From: Oopsacas minuta
Taxonomy: Eukaryota > Animalia > Porifera
Length of the DNA stretch: 64,000 nucleotides
Assembly (NCBI GenBank): GCA_024704765.1
Contig: JAKMXF010000340.1
Coordinates: 1-64,000 of the forward strand
Direction of reading: 5' to 3'
The translations under genes and the position numbers were made by a program. The notes beneath the pieces are model-generated. The model made no database searches. It had not been told where the DNA came from and worked only from the letters and a program-made list of their open reading frames with translations. Of the stretch, positions 60,757 through 64,000 are shown one piece after another. How positions within the stretch are numbered: the stretch's first letter is position 1; the number at the start of each line of letters is the position of its first letter.

Positions 60757-61164
60757 ATGTATAAGCTTGGTATCAGATTTTTCAGCCGAATTTCCGTTTC
60801 AGTGCGTCCTTTAGAAATCTCAAAACTGCAACCAACTCGTGCTGCTCTCACTTTATCACCATCTGCAGTCAAACAAATCAGTCTTATTCTGAGTGAGAAT
60901 AGTCAAATACAGGGTCTCAGGATAAATTTACGTACACGCGGTTGTAATGGGCTAGCATACACGCTTCAGTTGGCATCAGAGAAGGAGAAATTTGATGAGG
61001 AGGTCATTCAAGAAGGCCTTCGTATTTTTATAGCACCAAAAGCATTGATGAGCATTCTAGGATCAGAAATGGATTATCTAACAGATAAACTGAGCAGTGG
61101 ATTTGTGTTTAACAACCCTAATGTCAAAGGTACTTGTGGCTGTGGAGAAAGTTTCAGAGTTTAA
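60757..61164 (+). CDS. ISCA1: Mitochondrial Fe-S cluster assembly A-type carrier ISCA1, intronless
   Basis: Arg/Ser-rich presequence, RTRGCNGLAY and FVFNNPNVKGTCGCGESF. First ATG is 60757. Confidence 0.95.
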   Translation: MYKLGIRFFSRISVSVRPLEISKLQPTRAALTLSPSAVKQISLILSENSQIQGLRINLRTRGCNGLAYTLQLASEKEKFDEEVIQEGLRIFIAPKALMSILGSEMDYLTDKLSSGFVFNNPNVKGTCGCGESFRV

Positions 61165-61613
61165 TTTGAACTTAATATCTGTCTTTGACCCATTAAATAT
61201 ACCTCCTGTCTAATTTCTATCTCATTATCTCTTAATCTACATATTGGTGTCTCAACCTGTAATCATATGACCAAACTTGGCCATATCGTAGCCACAGAGA
61301 TATTTTGGTTCATTTTTGGTCAGGTCTATGGCCAATTGGCCATTATGACCGTACGTGAACAGTTTTGCTAGAGTGCGGTCATTATACATATATTTGACAA
61401 AGTGTGGCCATATCCCCTAAGAGTTTGAGAAAACCTTGTTCTATATTATTTAACCTCAGTGGCTTATTCATAGGTTGGGAACTCTTTTTTAGTAGTCCGC
61501 CCACACGTTGGCTACGCCATTGTTAACTCTGAATATCATAATCAAAGCAAAATAGTGACTTACAGCAATCCAAATAGTACACAGGTAAGTAATATGAATT
61601 ATTTAATAGATTC

Positions 61614-61898
61614 TTATAATTTCGATTCAATTACATCTATTGACATAGGTGTTGACAATCTCCTTAGAAGGATCGACCTTGACTTACTCGATGCTTCCTT
61701 CTCTTCAAATATCAAAATAGCCAGTAACGAGCATAATACCAGGAATAATATAAATAGAATTGCGAAGCACGCTGTTGCGATAATGGCCCATGTACTTAGC
61801 AGTTTATTTGTGTACAGCAGATCTTCATTTACAGCTGTTATTGACTTAACAGTGTTCAGAAGAAAGGTAAGTAAGATTCCTGAAGTTGCAGAGTTCAT
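61614..61898 (-). CDS. Putative small membrane protein (94 aa): signal-like N-terminus, one TM, short tail
   Basis: ATG-initiated ORF with two hydrophobic segments and a charged cytosolic tail. No recognisable family. Confidence 0.45.
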   Translation of the reverse strand: MNSATSGILLTFLLNTVKSITAVNEDLLYTNKLLSTWAIIATACFAILFILFLVLCSLLAILIFEEKEASSKSRSILLRRLSTPMSIDVIESKL

Positions 61899-62232
61899 AT
61901 TATCTTCAATAAGAGTTTCTATCTAGAATCTATGTTTATAATATAAATTATATTTATGCATAATTTCTTATATTCTTACATTTTTATTATTCTTTGTAAA
62001 CTTAAGTATGTAATTTCTATAGTTTTTATGTATTCAATTTACTGATATTTATACAAAGAATCTTTAATCCAATATTTGTGCATTATTTTGTATATTATCA
62101 AATATATATAAGGCAATGCAAAATATGTATCTATCCCATCTAGGTATTTCACAGCTTTCAGGTAGGTTAAATATTTCTCTAAAAAAGATAAGTATTTGCT
62201 ATACACAAATTTAGCTTTATACTTATTACAAC

Positions 62233-63858
62233 TTATAAATCCTTAAATTTTATTTCTTCTTCACAATTCTTTTCCGCCCAAACATCTAACTGCAACTTCA
62301 TAGCAATCAACAACCCTGTGTAAACACACATTATCATGCAACAGGCCAGCAACAATGTTATGACTACTGTCAACCAGCCTGTCAGTACTTCAACTATGCT
62401 ATTTGATACACAGGTGTTTCTCGCATGCATATAGCCACTGTATATATCTATACATGAACATTTGAAGGGATCTTCCATTGCTTCGTAGCCATATTCACAG
62501 CTACACTCATAGCCTCCGATTATATTTGTGCATATTTGTTCACATTTTGAGGTACCACGTTGGCATTCATTGATATCGATACAATCATCATGATAATTCC
62601 TTTCATAACCTTCCTGACATTCACAGCCACAATTTTCTTCTAGATTTGGCTTTAACGGAATCGGAAGAGTTGCATTTTCTGAATCATTCCTTATGAAATT
62701 GAGGATATTACACTGTTTTCGCTTTACTAAGTTATTATTGCAGATCTCATTTACATTGCATATCACTATAAAGCATGGATATACTTCTAAGATTCTTTCA
62801 GGATTGTATTTATCGCCACAGTTTTCACGAACAAATTGAGTGAGTAAGTATGGAATCATAGCAATATAACAATATATATCATTCCCAAACGCAAACCAAG
62901 CATTTTCACAGCTACATTCTAGCATATTTCCTGATAGATCGATATACGGTTCAGACATGTAGTGGATTGTTGGTGGTATAATTGAGTAATTGTTTGATCT
63001 GATTCCCAAATGCGTGATATCTGGGATATTTATCAACGTGTCTAGCGGGAAATGCGGATTGCGACTCAGTAAAAGTGTGTGAATACCATTTAAAAATCCT
63101 CTGAAGGATCCCTGGTAAACGTATTTTATATTATTACCGCTTAATTCTAGTGTCGTCAGGTTCATTCCTTTGAATACATCAAAAGGTATCAGTCTTATAT
63201 GGTTATCGCTGAGATCAAGATATGTTAGATTCTTAAGTGATGTGAATGCTGTTTTGGATATCTTTTTTATACCCGCATTCGAAATAGTCAACTCGGTTAG
63301 ATTACCCATTCCCTTAAACCAACTGCTTGTTATGATGGATTTACTAAATTCACTTTTCGCGTCTTGCGGCTTGTCATACCTTAAATGAATGTGTGTTAAT
63401 TTCCCAAATTTCATTAATTTCGAACCAAACGGATTGTTTTTTCCATAAAACGTTAATTTTTCAAGATTCGGGAACATGACTTCGATGTTTTCTGAAAATA
63501 TGAATAGACACACTCCAAATATTTCCACTTCGTTAATCGTACCTGTCAGTTCTTTACTAATATTCACATAAACTAGTTTCTCAACATTACATTCTAGAGT
63601 TAATCTTCTCAATGGCTCCAATTGATTAACATGAATCAACTGGTTATCATCTACAACACTTCCTTCATCTTGTATATATCTGGCATAAATGTATAGATGC
63701 CCTAATTCATCTGGATAGCAATTCTCACTAGGTATTCTGAAAAATTTCGTATCTGCATTGCATCTCTGTTCCGACAGATCTGGATTTGAGCCCTGGCAAT
63801 TTGTTCCATCCACATGTAATAGAAAGATTATAATGCCCAAAACCAGGAATTTATTCAT
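62233..63858 (-). CDS. Intronless type-I membrane receptor: signal peptide, LRRs, LRRCT, calcium-binding EGF, TM and ~20-aa tail
   Basis: LxxLxLSxNxI repeats (LKNLTYLDLSDNHIRLIP), NMLECSCENAW, DINECQRGTSKCEQICTNIIGGYECSC, and TM WLTVVITLLLACCMIMCVYTGLLIAM. Confidence 0.9.
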   Translation of the reverse strand: MNKFLVLGIIIFLLHVDGTNCQGSNPDLSEQRCNADTKFFRIPSENCYPDELGHLYIYARYIQDEGSVVDDNQLIHVNQLEPLRRLTLECNVEKLVYVNISKELTGTINEVEIFGVCLFIFSENIEVMFPNLEKLTFYGKNNPFGSKLMKFGKLTHIHLRYDKPQDAKSEFSKSIITSSWFKGMGNLTELTISNAGIKKISKTAFTSLKNLTYLDLSDNHIRLIPFDVFKGMNLTTLELSGNNIKYVYQGSFRGFLNGIHTLLLSRNPHFPLDTLINIPDITHLGIRSNNYSIIPPTIHYMSEPYIDLSGNMLECSCENAWFAFGNDIYCYIAMIPYLLTQFVRENCGDKYNPERILEVYPCFIVICNVNEICNNNLVKRKQCNILNFIRNDSENATLPIPLKPNLEENCGCECQEGYERNYHDDCIDINECQRGTSKCEQICTNIIGGYECSCEYGYEAMEDPFKCSCIDIYSGYMHARNTCVSNSIVEVLTGWLTVVITLLLACCMIMCVYTGLLIAMKLQLDVWAEKNCEEEIKFKDL

Positions 63859-64000
63859 TCTGCTAAAATCACTATTTTGTCAGGATCAAATTTTTTATTG
63901 AATTTAATTAATCTCTTTATACACCTTTCTGCACTATAGCGTTTATATATCTAATGAACTTTAGCTGTTTCTTTGTCTGAAGAATTCTGTGTGTTAATTA

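Noticed and set aside
1-64000. Prokaryotic system (operon, CRISPR array, defence island, prophage)
   Set aside because: Genes are spliced eukaryotic genes. There are no regularly spaced repeat-spacer arrays and no cas, phage or integrase ORFs.

Overview
AT-rich, gene-dense eukaryotic DNA with short GT-AG introns. There are no operon, CRISPR or rRNA signatures. The gene set is animal-like (DOK/FRS2-like adaptor, kinectin/RRBP1-like, TRPA-like, PSMB7, RABGAP1, TENT5, TAPT1, AP1M1, STYXL1, CWC25, FBXL5, ISCA1, LRR-EGF receptor). High divergence and compactness suggest an early-branching invertebrate, possibly a sponge; this is inference and cannot be confirmed here. About 22 protein-coding genes can be reconstructed. 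Many ORF-track entries are exon fragments with intron read-through or antisense shadows. Introns and intergenic gaps hold several small MITE-like families. The most interesting candidates are: (1) an intronless protein fusing one MBT repeat to a BC-box and an LRRC58-like Cys tail, a possible methyl-degron cullin adaptor; (2) a gustatory-receptor-like 7TM ion-channel candidate directly upstream of an ankyrin TRPA-like channel; (3) three co-oriented metal/Fe-S genes (FBXL5, a non-ZNG1 COG0523 GTPase, ISCA1); (4) strong enrichment of ATGACGTCAT and CCATGG palindromes in introns. Exon structures were assembled by eye, and family calls come from remembered motifs, not database searches.
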